DNA of 15,709 bases from Archangiaceae bacterium (lineage in GTDB: Bacteria; Myxococcota; Myxococcia; Myxococcales; Myxococcaceae). The notes under the pieces were generated by a model. That model saw only the letters and a list, made by a program, of their open reading frames with translations, ran no database searches and had not been told where the DNA came from. Shown piece after piece: positions 1-8,419 of this stretch. A program made the position numbers and the translations under genes. The stretch's first letter is position 1, and each line of letters starts with the position of its first letter. The stretch covers positions 1-15,709 of the forward strand of contig JAYVCD010000309.1 of NCBI GenBank assembly GCA_043750125.1. The letters are read 5' to 3'.

Positions 1-1
1 G

Positions 2-1990
<1,989 letters not shown>

Positions 1991-2000
1991 GCGCCCCCAT

Positions 2001-2033
2001 GTCGCAGCCGACTTCACTGAAAGTCGGCGCGAC
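2001..2033. repeat. GC-rich inverted repeat / stem-loop just downstream of rpoD (REP-like or mRNA 3'-end hairpin)
   Basis: GTCGC-A-GCCGACTT-cactga-AAGTCGGC-GCGAC: an 8-bp perfect inner stem (2007-2014/2021-2028) plus a 5-bp outer stem (2001-2005/2029-2033). There is no U-tract, so it is not a classic intrinsic terminator. Confidence 0.55.
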
Positions 2034-2101
2034 GAAAGGCGCTCGGTACAGTGGGCCCGCGGCACTTCACGCCGCGCGCACCGGATCTTCATCTTTTCGT
2101 C

Positions 2102-2383
2102 ATGACTGAGCTCGAGACCCGGGTGGCCAAAGTGGTGAAGGCGATTCCCAGAGGGCAGACGTTTTCGTACGCGCGGGTGGCGTTGTTTGCGAACAAGCCA
2201 GGAGCGGCGCGCGCCGTGGTGAGGGCGCTGCGAATCGCTCACGGCCTGCCGTGGTGGCGGGTGATTCGTTCGGACGGGACGTTGGCCGCTCAGGTGTCGG
2301 TGGAGCAAGCGCGACGGCTGCGGGCCGAAGGCGTCGAAGTGAAGGGGCGGCGGGTGGCTCGCGCGGCCCGGGCAACGAAGTAG
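2102..2383 (+). CDS. Alkyltransferase-like (ATL, YbaZ/Atl1 type; MGMT DNA-binding family) protein, non-catalytic
   Basis: IPRGQTFSYARVA...PGAARAVVRAL...LPWWRVIRSDG...EQARRLRAEGV matches the O6-alkylguanine-binding fold. Trp replaces the catalytic Cys (PWWRV versus PCHRV in true AGTs). ATG at 2102 is preferred over GTG at 2051 because the homology starts there. 93 aa. Confidence 0.88.
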   Translation: MTELETRVAKVVKAIPRGQTFSYARVALFANKPGAARAVVRALRIAHGLPWWRVIRSDGTLAAQVSVEQARRLRAEGVEVKGRRVARAARATK

Positions 2384-2385
2384 CT

Positions 2386-2817
2386 TCAGCGCTTCTTCAG
2401 CTTTTCCAGCTGGGCCTTCGCCTTGTCGTAGATCGGCTCTCCGCGCGGCGTCAGTTCCATCGCGTGCTCGAAGTTCCGGGCGGCATCGTTGGGGCTGCTT
2501 TCACGAAGCTCGAAGCCGAGCAGGTAGGCCTCGCGCGCGCGATCACGCATCGCGGGCTCGAACTGGGCCAGCTGTTCCTTCACCTTGGCTTGCAGAGGAG
2601 CGTCGTTGGGCTCGAGCTGGGCGGCCTTCTTGTAGAGGCGTATCGCCTCGCCGGGCCGTTCGTCCTTCAGAGTGAACGCGCGCTGGTAGAGATCGTCGGC
2701 GTTTCCTACGTCGTCCTCAACCGGGTGTGGAGCCTCGGCGACGACAGGGGGCGGGCTGGGGGGCGGCGACTTGCAGCCGAGGAAGAAGCAAAGACCTGCC
2801 AGGACTGAGAAGCGCAT
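2386..2817 (-). CDS. Small lipoprotein with two tandem TPR-like helical repeats
   Basis: Signal peptide II MRFSVLAGLCFFLG-C, a Pro-rich linker (KSPPPSPPP), then two similar helical-hairpin units: ADDLYQRAFTLKDERPGEAIRLYKKAAQLEPND and AREAYLLGFELRESSPNDAARNFEHAMELTPRG. Confidence 0.75.
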   Translation of the reverse strand: MRFSVLAGLCFFLGCKSPPPSPPPVVAEAPHPVEDDVGNADDLYQRAFTLKDERPGEAIRLYKKAAQLEPNDAPLQAKVKEQLAQFEPAMRDRAREAYLLGFELRESSPNDAARNFEHAMELTPRGEPIYDKAKAQLEKLKKR

Positions 2818-2823
2818 GGGGGC

Positions 2824-2829
2824 AGCGTA
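2824..2829 (-). promoter_or_regulatory. Candidate -10 box (TACGCT) 6 nt upstream of the lipoprotein ATG, suggesting a leaderless transcript
   Basis: The minus strand reads TTACGCT-gccccc-ATG. This is a TAnnnT hexamer with 6-nt spacing to the ATG, and there is no Shine-Dalgarno sequence. Confidence 0.35.
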
Positions 2830-2851
2830 ACGGCAGATCCAATCAGGGACC

Positions 2852-3949
2852 TCAAGTAGCTGCGGCGGCCTGAAGCGCGCGCTCGAACCAGGCGGGGTGG
2901 GCGATCAACCGATTGATGGCCAGGCGACGCAGCCAGGGCCGGCGCGCCACCCACACCAGTCTCGAGGCGAGGCGCGCGTAGCGGTCGAACGCGGTCGCCA
3001 CGGCGCGCTCGTAGGGCTGAAGGCTGGAGGCGGTGGCCTTGGAAGCCAGGGCCTTCGGCAGCGCTGCGGCGAGGGCGGCGGCGCCGGCAAACCCCAGTGA
3101 GAGGCCCTCGCCGGTGATGGCGTCGACGTACCCTGCGGCATCTCCGAGCAGGACGAAGCGATCTTTGACCCGTCGGGGGACATCGTGGCGAAGCGGCCCG
3201 GCGCCGCGTGGATCGGAATCGGGCGCAGCCCCCTGCAATTTTTCTGCGAGCGCTCCGAACCGCCCAAGCAGGTCGGCAAAGGCGACCTTTCCCGAGATGG
3301 CTCCGTCTTCCCAGAGGAACGCCACTCCGATGCGACGGGCGCCGGCGGGAGTGACGTAGGCCTCTGCCCCGGCCGCGAAGTGCACCTCGACCCGCGGAGC
3401 CCACGGGGGAATGGCGAAGTGCTGGCGAAGGCCAAACCGAAGCGCTCCGTCGTGGGGGACTTCGAGGCCTTCGGCTTTTCGAAGGGGCGAATGGAGCCCG
3501 TCGGCAGCGACCAGCAGCTGCGCCCGAAGCTGCTGCGCATCGGTGTGAAGGGTCACTGCGTCGGCATCGATGGCGTGAGATCGCAGCGCGGTGCCTTCGA
3601 GCAGCTCGACCCCCGCTTCCCGGGCCCGATCGGCCATCGCCCGAACGAGCGCAACGCGGCGAATGCCGAGGCCTCCGGGAACGGGAAGGCGGCCTTCGAC
3701 ATACCGCCCGTCTTCCTGGACGTAGCGAATGGCTTCGAAGGGCGAGCAGTCCTCGGGGGGAATCTTCTCGCGCACCCCGAGTCGTTCGAGGGCGGCCAGA
3801 CCGGCCGGCATCAACCCTTCGCCACATGCCTTGTCGACGGGAAGGGAATGCCGCTCGAGCACCACCACCGAGCATCCGACGCGACGGGCCTCGAGAGCGG
3901 CCGCCAGACCGGCTGGGCCTGCCCCGACGATCGCCACGTCCCAGATCAC
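2852..3949 (-). CDS. FAD-dependent oxidoreductase/monooxygenase (SrsC-like hydroxylase of type III PKS clusters; geranylgeranyl-reductase-like family)
   Basis: N-terminal Rossmann motif DVAIVGAGPAG, DKACGEGLMP, DG motif (LVAADGLHS) and GD motif (LLGDAAGYVDAITGEGLSLG). The GTG start overlaps the FAAL stop (GTGA, 3946-3949). Confidence 0.88.
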   Translation of the reverse strand: MIWDVAIVGAGPAGLAAALEARRVGCSVVVLERHSLPVDKACGEGLMPAGLAALERLGVREKIPPEDCSPFEAIRYVQEDGRYVEGRLPVPGGLGIRRVALVRAMADRAREAGVELLEGTALRSHAIDADAVTLHTDAQQLRAQLLVAADGLHSPLRKAEGLEVPHDGALRFGLRQHFAIPPWAPRVEVHFAAGAEAYVTPAGARRIGVAFLWEDGAISGKVAFADLLGRFGALAEKLQGAAPDSDPRGAGPLRHDVPRRVKDRFVLLGDAAGYVDAITGEGLSLGFAGAAALAAALPKALASKATASSLQPYERAVATAFDRYARLASRLVWVARRPWLRRLAINRLIAHPAWFERALQAAAAT

Positions 3950-5706
3950 GCGCGCAGCTTCCTCCGGGCGTGGGCCAGGGCAGACTTCGCCATTTCGCTG
4001 CCGACAGAGAGGAGGTTGACCGACTTTGGGGCGGCCAGCTCGCCGGCGAGGTACTGCCTGAGCGCTTCGGCGTGCCGCAGCTTGCCGCTGGACGTTCTGG
4101 GCAGAGTTCCGGGTGCGAGCACTTCGACGGTGTGGGGGCGGATTCCGGTTCGACCCGAGACTGCCGCGGCGATCTGGTGGGCGAGATCCGCCGGGGGGTC
4201 GTCGGCCTGCTCGGCGAGAATCAGCAGCGCCTCGTCGTGGGTATCAGGAGCGATGAAGCCGACGGCGACGGCGCAACCGGTGCGGACCCCGGCGACCGCT
4301 TCCAGGCACTCTTCGAATTCCTGGGGCGCGTGGTTGGCGCCTCGAATGATCACCAGATCCTTGGTTCGACCACACAGGTACAGCTCGCCGGAATCGACGA
4401 AGCCGAGATCACCGGTGTCGAGCCAGCCGTCGTGAAGCGCCCGTGCGGTGGCGTCGGGGTTGCCGAAGTATTCCTTCATCACGAAGGGACCGCGGGCAAA
4501 CACCTGCCCCACCTCTCGCTCGGCCGCGACCGTGCCATCGACGGAACGAACCTCGAGCTCGCAGCCCGGCACCGGATGACCGACGGACACCAGCGGCCTG
4601 CTTCCAGCCCGCACCTGCCCGGTGGCTGCGAGCGCTCGGGGGTCGACGCGACAGACCGGCTTGTCTCCCTGCGCGGACGTGAAGCTCACGGCCAGCGCCG
4701 CTTCCGACAACCCATAGACGGGCATCAGGGCGTCGCGCCTAAACCCGAAGCGCCCAAAGCGCTCGCAGAAGCGTTCCATCACCTCGTGCGAAATGGGCTC
4801 GGCACCATTGAGGGCGTAGGTCCAGTGCGAGAGGTCGACTCCGTGAAGCTCTTCATCGCGAATTCGCTTGAGGCAAAGGCCGTACGCGAAGTTCGGGGCC
4901 GGAGAGATGGTCGCGCGGTGACGAGAGAGCGCGCGCAGCCAGATCGCAGGGCGGGCGAGGAACGCTTCCGGAGGAAGAAGTACGAGATTTCCAGGAACGT
5001 ACGCCGCCTCGAGCAGACAGCCGATGAGTCCCATGTCGTGGTACAGCGGCAACCACGAGACGCCTTTTTCATGCGTCCCGGGCCGCTCGACCAACAAAGC
5101 GCGCAGCGCCGCCAGCTGCGCAACCAGGTTGCCGTGGGTGAGCGCGACCGGCTTGGGATCCACCGTCGAGCCTGAGGAAAACTGAATCAGCCCCAGGGAA
5201 TCGGAAGACACGTCGACCGCGAGCTCAGAGCTGCTTTCCATCAGCTCGGAAACGGTAGGGCAGCCCCACTTCGGGCGCGCGAGCTCAACCGCCTTTCCCA
5301 GCAACAGGCGAATTCGACGATCGCTCAAGACGATCTTCGCCCCGGACACCTGGAGCATTCGTCCCGTCATGCGCGCGTACTCGTCCATTCGGCCCAGGCG
5401 CACGGGGGGATACAGGGGAACCGGAACTGCGCCCGCGAGCAGCGTTCCGAAGAAGGCGTCCATGAAATCGGCCCCGGTGGGAAGCACCATCGCGACGCGA
5501 TCTCCAGGTTCGATGCCGAGCTCAGTCAGCGCAAAGGCCATTCGCCGTGCCCGCGAATACAGTGCCGCCCACGACAGCGGGGTCTCGACTTCGCGGCCAT
5601 CGACGAGGGTCAGCCCGAACGGGCTCGCCGCCGCGTGGGCGAGCATCGTGTTGAGCGTCGCAAAGGCAGGCTTCGGCAACGGGGGTCCCACCAGTCGGGC
5701 GTTCAT
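3946..5706 (-). CDS. Fatty acyl-AMP ligase (FAAL; FtpD-like)
   Basis: Adenylation motifs IQFSSGSTVDPK, SWLPLYHDMGLIG, APNFAY, LNGAEPI, MPVYGLSEA, LDTGDLG, GRTKDLVIIRG and LPRTSSGK. The FAAL-type insertion (RVDPRALAATGQV) precedes LVSVG. The ATG overlaps the ACP stop (ATGA, 5703-5706). Confidence 0.92.
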   Translation of the reverse strand: MNARLVGPPLPKPAFATLNTMLAHAAASPFGLTLVDGREVETPLSWAALYSRARRMAFALTELGIEPGDRVAMVLPTGADFMDAFFGTLLAGAVPVPLYPPVRLGRMDEYARMTGRMLQVSGAKIVLSDRRIRLLLGKAVELARPKWGCPTVSELMESSSELAVDVSSDSLGLIQFSSGSTVDPKPVALTHGNLVAQLAALRALLVERPGTHEKGVSWLPLYHDMGLIGCLLEAAYVPGNLVLLPPEAFLARPAIWLRALSRHRATISPAPNFAYGLCLKRIRDEELHGVDLSHWTYALNGAEPISHEVMERFCERFGRFGFRRDALMPVYGLSEAALAVSFTSAQGDKPVCRVDPRALAATGQVRAGSRPLVSVGHPVPGCELEVRSVDGTVAAEREVGQVFARGPFVMKEYFGNPDATARALHDGWLDTGDLGFVDSGELYLCGRTKDLVIIRGANHAPQEFEECLEAVAGVRTGCAVAVGFIAPDTHDEALLILAEQADDPPADLAHQIAAAVSGRTGIRPHTVEVLAPGTLPRTSSGKLRHAEALRQYLAGELAAPKSVNLLSVGSEMAKSALAHARRKLRA

Positions 5707-5966
5707 GCCGCTTGCTCCGTTTCACTGACGCGCTGCACGACCAGCTGGACCAGGTCGGCGACGGTGAGGATGAGCCCGGCGTCTTCTTCTTGAAGCTTGA
5801 CCCGAAACGCATTCTCGAGCCCGACCGCGACGACGATCATCGCCATCGAGTCCAGATGCAGATCTTCGTTCAGCCGATGGGTCAGCAGCACCTGGCCCGA
5901 AAACTCGAGCTCGGCGCGGGCGATTCGCTGAATCTCTTCGAGCACACGCTTGTCGAGGTCAGCCAC
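5703..5966 (-). CDS. Stand-alone acyl carrier protein (FtpC-like)
   Basis: Acidic 87-aa protein with the phosphopantetheine site EDLHLD-S-MAMI, plus LENAFRVKL and TVADLV. The GTG start is preceded by a GGAGG RBS and overlaps the methyltransferase stop. Confidence 0.9.
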   Translation of the reverse strand: MADLDKRVLEEIQRIARAELEFSGQVLLTHRLNEDLHLDSMAMIVVAVGLENAFRVKLQEEDAGLILTVADLVQLVVQRVSETEQAA

Positions 5967-6528
5967 CTTTGCCTCCGGGAATGAAGCGACGCTTCCCCAA
6001 AAACGCGTGATGCCATTGTTCGCCCAGCGCCTTCTCTTCGGCGCGAATTCGAACGGCCAGCAGCGCCGCGTTGCCGATCGAAAAGACGATCGCGGTGATC
6101 CAGCTGCCGAAGATCAGCGGCACGGCCACCAGCTCGATCACCACTGCGACGTAGTTCGGATGTTTGATGAAGCGGTAGGGGCCGGTGGTGATGGGCGGGG
6201 TCCCCGGCATCACGATCACCCGGGTGTTCCACTTCTCGCCCAGGGTGGAGATCGCCCAATACCGAAGGCCCTGAGCGAGCAAAGCGAAGACGAAGGCAAC
6301 CACGGCCGTGACTCCGGGGAAGTCACGCTGAAGCAGCCAGGGCTCGGCGACGCAGCTGATCAGGAACGCGGTGTGGAAGACGGTCATCACCCGGTAGTGC
6401 CGCACTCCGACTTCGAGCGCTCCGCGGGCAAAGGCCTGGGCGGCATTGCGCGAAGAGAGCCGAAGCTCGTACAGCCGTTCGAGCGCGAGCAGGCCGATGA
6501 AACCCGTATACGCCCAGAGGGCTACCAC
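5959..6528 (-). CDS. Isoprenylcysteine carboxyl methyltransferase (ICMT) family membrane methyltransferase (SrsB/BpsB-like)
   Basis: ERLYELRLSSRNA, LRYWAISTLGEKWNTRV, GPYRFIKHPNYVAV and RIRAEEKAL motifs, with several hydrophobic segments. The start is re-assigned to GTG at 6528 (MVALWAYTG...), which overlaps the PKS stop by 7 nt. The ORF-track start at 6681 lies inside the PKS gene. 189 aa. Confidence 0.88.
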   Translation of the reverse strand: MVALWAYTGFIGLLALERLYELRLSSRNAAQAFARGALEVGVRHYRVMTVFHTAFLISCVAEPWLLQRDFPGVTAVVAFVFALLAQGLRYWAISTLGEKWNTRVIVMPGTPPITTGPYRFIKHPNYVAVVIELVAVPLIFGSWITAIVFSIGNAALLAVRIRAEEKALGEQWHHAFLGKRRFIPGGKGG

Positions 6529-7577
6529 TGGAGCAAGACCAACTCGGCACAGAAGCCCGGTCCCATCGCCATCAAAACCCCCAGGTCGCCTGGCCTGGCC
6601 TGGCCGCTGTCGAGCAACTCGGACAACACGTGCAGCACCGAGGCCGACGACAAGTTGCCTACGTCGCGAAGGGACTTCCACGAGCGGGCGAGGGCTTCTT
6701 TGGGCAGCTCGAGAGCGGACTCGAAGGCCTGCAAGACTTTTGGCCCGCCGGTATGGGCGACCCAGTGCTTCACCTTCGAACGATCGAGCTCCTGGGCAGA
6801 GAGGAAGCTGTCGACGTTTTGGCGAATGTGGGCGGTCACCAGATCGGGAACCTTCGCCGAGAGAACGACCTTGAAGCCACCGTCGACGAAGTCCCAGCCC
6901 ATCGTGCGCTCGGTGTCGGGGTAGAAAACCGAGCGGGTCGCGACCACTTTGGGTCCACTGGCGCGCGCGTCGGCTCCGGACATGATCAGCGCCGCGGCCC
7001 CATCGCCGAAGAGCCCCGACGAGATGATGTTGGGGATTGAGAGGTCTTCACGTTGAAGCGTCAGTGAGCACAGCTCGACCGACAGCAGCAGCGCGTGGTG
7101 GGTGGGAAAGGCGCGCAGGTAGTCGGCCACCCGTGCGGTGCCGGCCGCGCCCGCGACACAGCCCAACCCGAAGATCGGAGTGCGCTTGATGTCCTCACGC
7201 ATCTTCAGCCGGTTGATCAGCCGGGCGTCAATCGACGGTGTCGCGAGGCCGGTGACGGTGACGAAAAAAAACGCGTCGATGTCGGTCGGGGCCAGCTCGG
7301 CTTTCTTCAGCGCGTCACGAACCGTCTGCTCACCGAGCTCGACCGCGACCTTGATCCACGCGTCGTTGCGCGCGGCGAAGGTCTTGAGCTCGAGGTACTG
7401 GCCCAGAGGCAACGCCAGGTGCCGGCCTTCGACCCCTACCGCGCGGTGCAGCTGCTCGAGCCGGTCGAGGTTGAAGTGCTCTTTGGCCCAATGGTCGCGA
7501 AAAGCCGCGATCAGCTGATCCTGGGAGGCGTAATGTTTTGGAACCCCTCGTGCGACCGAGTTCAACCGCGGGTGCAT
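6522..7577 (-). CDS. Type III polyketide synthase (chalcone-synthase-like; FtpA/SrsA type)
   Basis: Cys-His-Asn catalytic triad in context: IFGLG-C-VAGAAG, WVA-H-TGGPKVL and DVG-N-LSSAS. Also VTVTGLATPSIDA, SVELCSLT, LFGDGAAA and the C-terminal MGPGFCAELVLLQW. Confidence 0.95.
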   Translation of the reverse strand: MHPRLNSVARGVPKHYASQDQLIAAFRDHWAKEHFNLDRLEQLHRAVGVEGRHLALPLGQYLELKTFAARNDAWIKVAVELGEQTVRDALKKAELAPTDIDAFFFVTVTGLATPSIDARLINRLKMREDIKRTPIFGLGCVAGAAGTARVADYLRAFPTHHALLLSVELCSLTLQREDLSIPNIISSGLFGDGAAALIMSGADARASGPKVVATRSVFYPDTERTMGWDFVDGGFKVVLSAKVPDLVTAHIRQNVDSFLSAQELDRSKVKHWVAHTGGPKVLQAFESALELPKEALARSWKSLRDVGNLSSASVLHVLSELLDSGQARPGDLGVLMAMGPGFCAELVLLQW

Positions 7578-7629
7578 GGGCTACGGGTAACAGATGCCGG
7601 ATGGCGCTGCTCGGGCAAATTTTGGAGGC

Positions 7630-7635
7630 TATAAG
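7630..7635 (+). promoter_or_regulatory. Candidate -10 element (TATAAG) for the tRNA
   Basis: TATAAG ends 14 nt before the tRNA 5' end and is followed by a GC-rich discriminator-like stretch. It sits in the loop of a short inverted repeat, GAGGC-tataag-GCCTC (7625-7640). No convincing -35 element is visible. Confidence 0.4.
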
Positions 7636-7649
7636 GCCTCAGCCCGAAA

Positions 7650-7722
7650 GGGCCCTTAGCTCAGCGGTCAGAGCTGTCGGCTCATAACCGATTGGTCCCT
7701 GGTTCGAATCCAGGAGGGCCCA
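7650..7722 (+). tRNA. ileX: tRNA-Ile2 (anticodon CAT, lysidine-modified, reads AUA); tools may label it tRNA-Met
   Basis: Cloverleaf: acceptor GGGCCCT (7650-7656)/AGGGCCC (7715-7721), D-arm GCTC-AGCGGTCA-GAGC, anticodon arm GTCGG-CTCATAA-CCGAT (CAT at 7683-7685), T-arm CCTGG-TTCGAAT-CCAGG, discriminator A7722. CCA is not encoded. It has the C4:G69 and C5:G68 pairs (TilS determinants), lacks the initiator features (no C1-A72 mismatch, no triple G-C anticodon stem) and closely resembles E. coli ileX. Confidence 0.93.
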
Positions 7723-7803
7723 CTGCTTTCAACCGCGCACCGCTTGCGCCCGCGCCGACGGGTCTTCGCTGCTTTTTTGGCGTGGGTTTCGGCTGCCGCT
7801 CGG

Positions 7804-8160
7804 TCAGTCGAGGGCTTCTTCGGCCCAGGCCGACTCGAGCCCGGCCCAGTCGGAACAAGAACCGAGCTGCGCCAGAATCGAGTAGAGGCCGAACCGCAAC
7901 CGGAACAGGAACAGCAGGCGCCCGGGCAGCTTCAGCGGGGTCATCGCCCGTTTGTCCTTCAACAGCTCGCGCGCTTGAACGCCCGGGCCCAACTCGATGC
8001 GATGGGCCCCGGAGCGCAACAGCGGCGCAAAGAATGCCCGTAGCAGCGCCCGAACGTGCGCGCGGGTCTGCGCATCGGTGGGCGGCGTCTTCGCCGTGAC
8101 CCGGTGGTAGGTCTCGACGCCGACGGCGACGAGGAGTCCGAGGGTGGAAATGATCACCAT
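7804..8160 (-). pseudogene. Probable remnant or chimera: C-terminal tail of an ABC1/AarF/UbiB (COQ8-like) kinase fused to an unrelated short hydrophobic N-terminus
   Basis: PPTDAQTRAHVRALLRAFFAPLL...LKLPGRLLFLFRLRFGLYSILAQLGSCSDW resembles the C-terminal helices of ABC1-family kinases (LP..LFL.R...GL.S.LA.LG....W). No kinase core motifs (KxGQ, VAVK, HADPHPGN, LDFG) are evident in the translated ORFs upstream. The first 25 codons (MVIISTLGLLVAVGVETY...) are TM-like. Confidence 0.5.
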
Positions 8161-8419
8161 CGCCACATTCAGCGTGAAACCCAGGGGTGGGTGCGCATGC
8201 CTCACCCCGATTGAGTCGTGCAAACCGCGTTCCCTTCTTTCCCGGCAAGGCGGGTGACAGCCAGTTGAGGAGGATGCGAACTTTCGCGCCCATGAATGAG
8301 CTCCGCCCTGCCCCTGCGCCCGTTGGCATCCAGGACGATGTGCCGCCTTCACGCTCTTCGGGTGGCTGCGGCTGCGCCGCGACAAACAGAACCCGATCGT
8401 CCCCGCAGCGGGCCGGCCG

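Larger units (their letters stand above)
2852..7577 (-). other. Type III PKS biosynthetic gene cluster (PKS-MT-ACP-FAAL-oxidoreductase) for alkylresorcinol/alkylpyrone/alkylquinone-type lipids
   Basis: Five co-oriented genes with overlapping stop and start codons at all four junctions. The gene set matches the Myxococcus xanthus ftp locus and extends the Streptomyces griseus srsABC / Bacillus bpsAB logic. Confidence 0.85.

Noticed and set aside
2641..2643. ATA (Ile) codon in the TPR lipoprotein as a bldA-like control by the nearby tRNA-Ile2
   Set aside because: It is a single codon with no visible enrichment in the cluster, and tRNA-Ile2 is a housekeeping tRNA.
3185..5175. Long plus-strand ORFs 3185-4435 and 3826-5175 (also 5950-6924 and 2251-2808)
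   Set aside because: They are antisense shadows of well-supported minus-strand genes. They have no recognisable motifs and are expected in high-GC DNA with few stop codons.
7602..7617. TGGCGCTGCTCGGGCA as a sigma54 promoter for the tRNA
   Set aside because: It has GG-N10-GC spacing but lacks the T(T) before GC. A sigma70-like TATAAG is better positioned, and such matches are frequent by chance in GC-rich DNA.
7650..7722. tRNA-Met (initiator or elongator) assignment
   Set aside because: The G1-C72 pair and the absence of three consecutive G-C anticodon-stem pairs exclude fMet. The acceptor stem and overall sequence fit the Ile2 (ileX) class better than elongator Met. tRNAscan-SE isotype models would settle it.
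7745..7790. Intrinsic terminator after the tRNA
   Set aside because: A T6 run exists near 7773-7778, but the preceding stem is weak and not adjacent to it, so there is not enough support to call it.
8180..8215. GVRHAHPPLG in the 7804-8433 frame as a degenerate HADPHPGN kinase catalytic loop
   Set aside because: It lacks the catalytic Asp and Asn and is not followed by a DFG-type motif, so the resemblance is probably chance.
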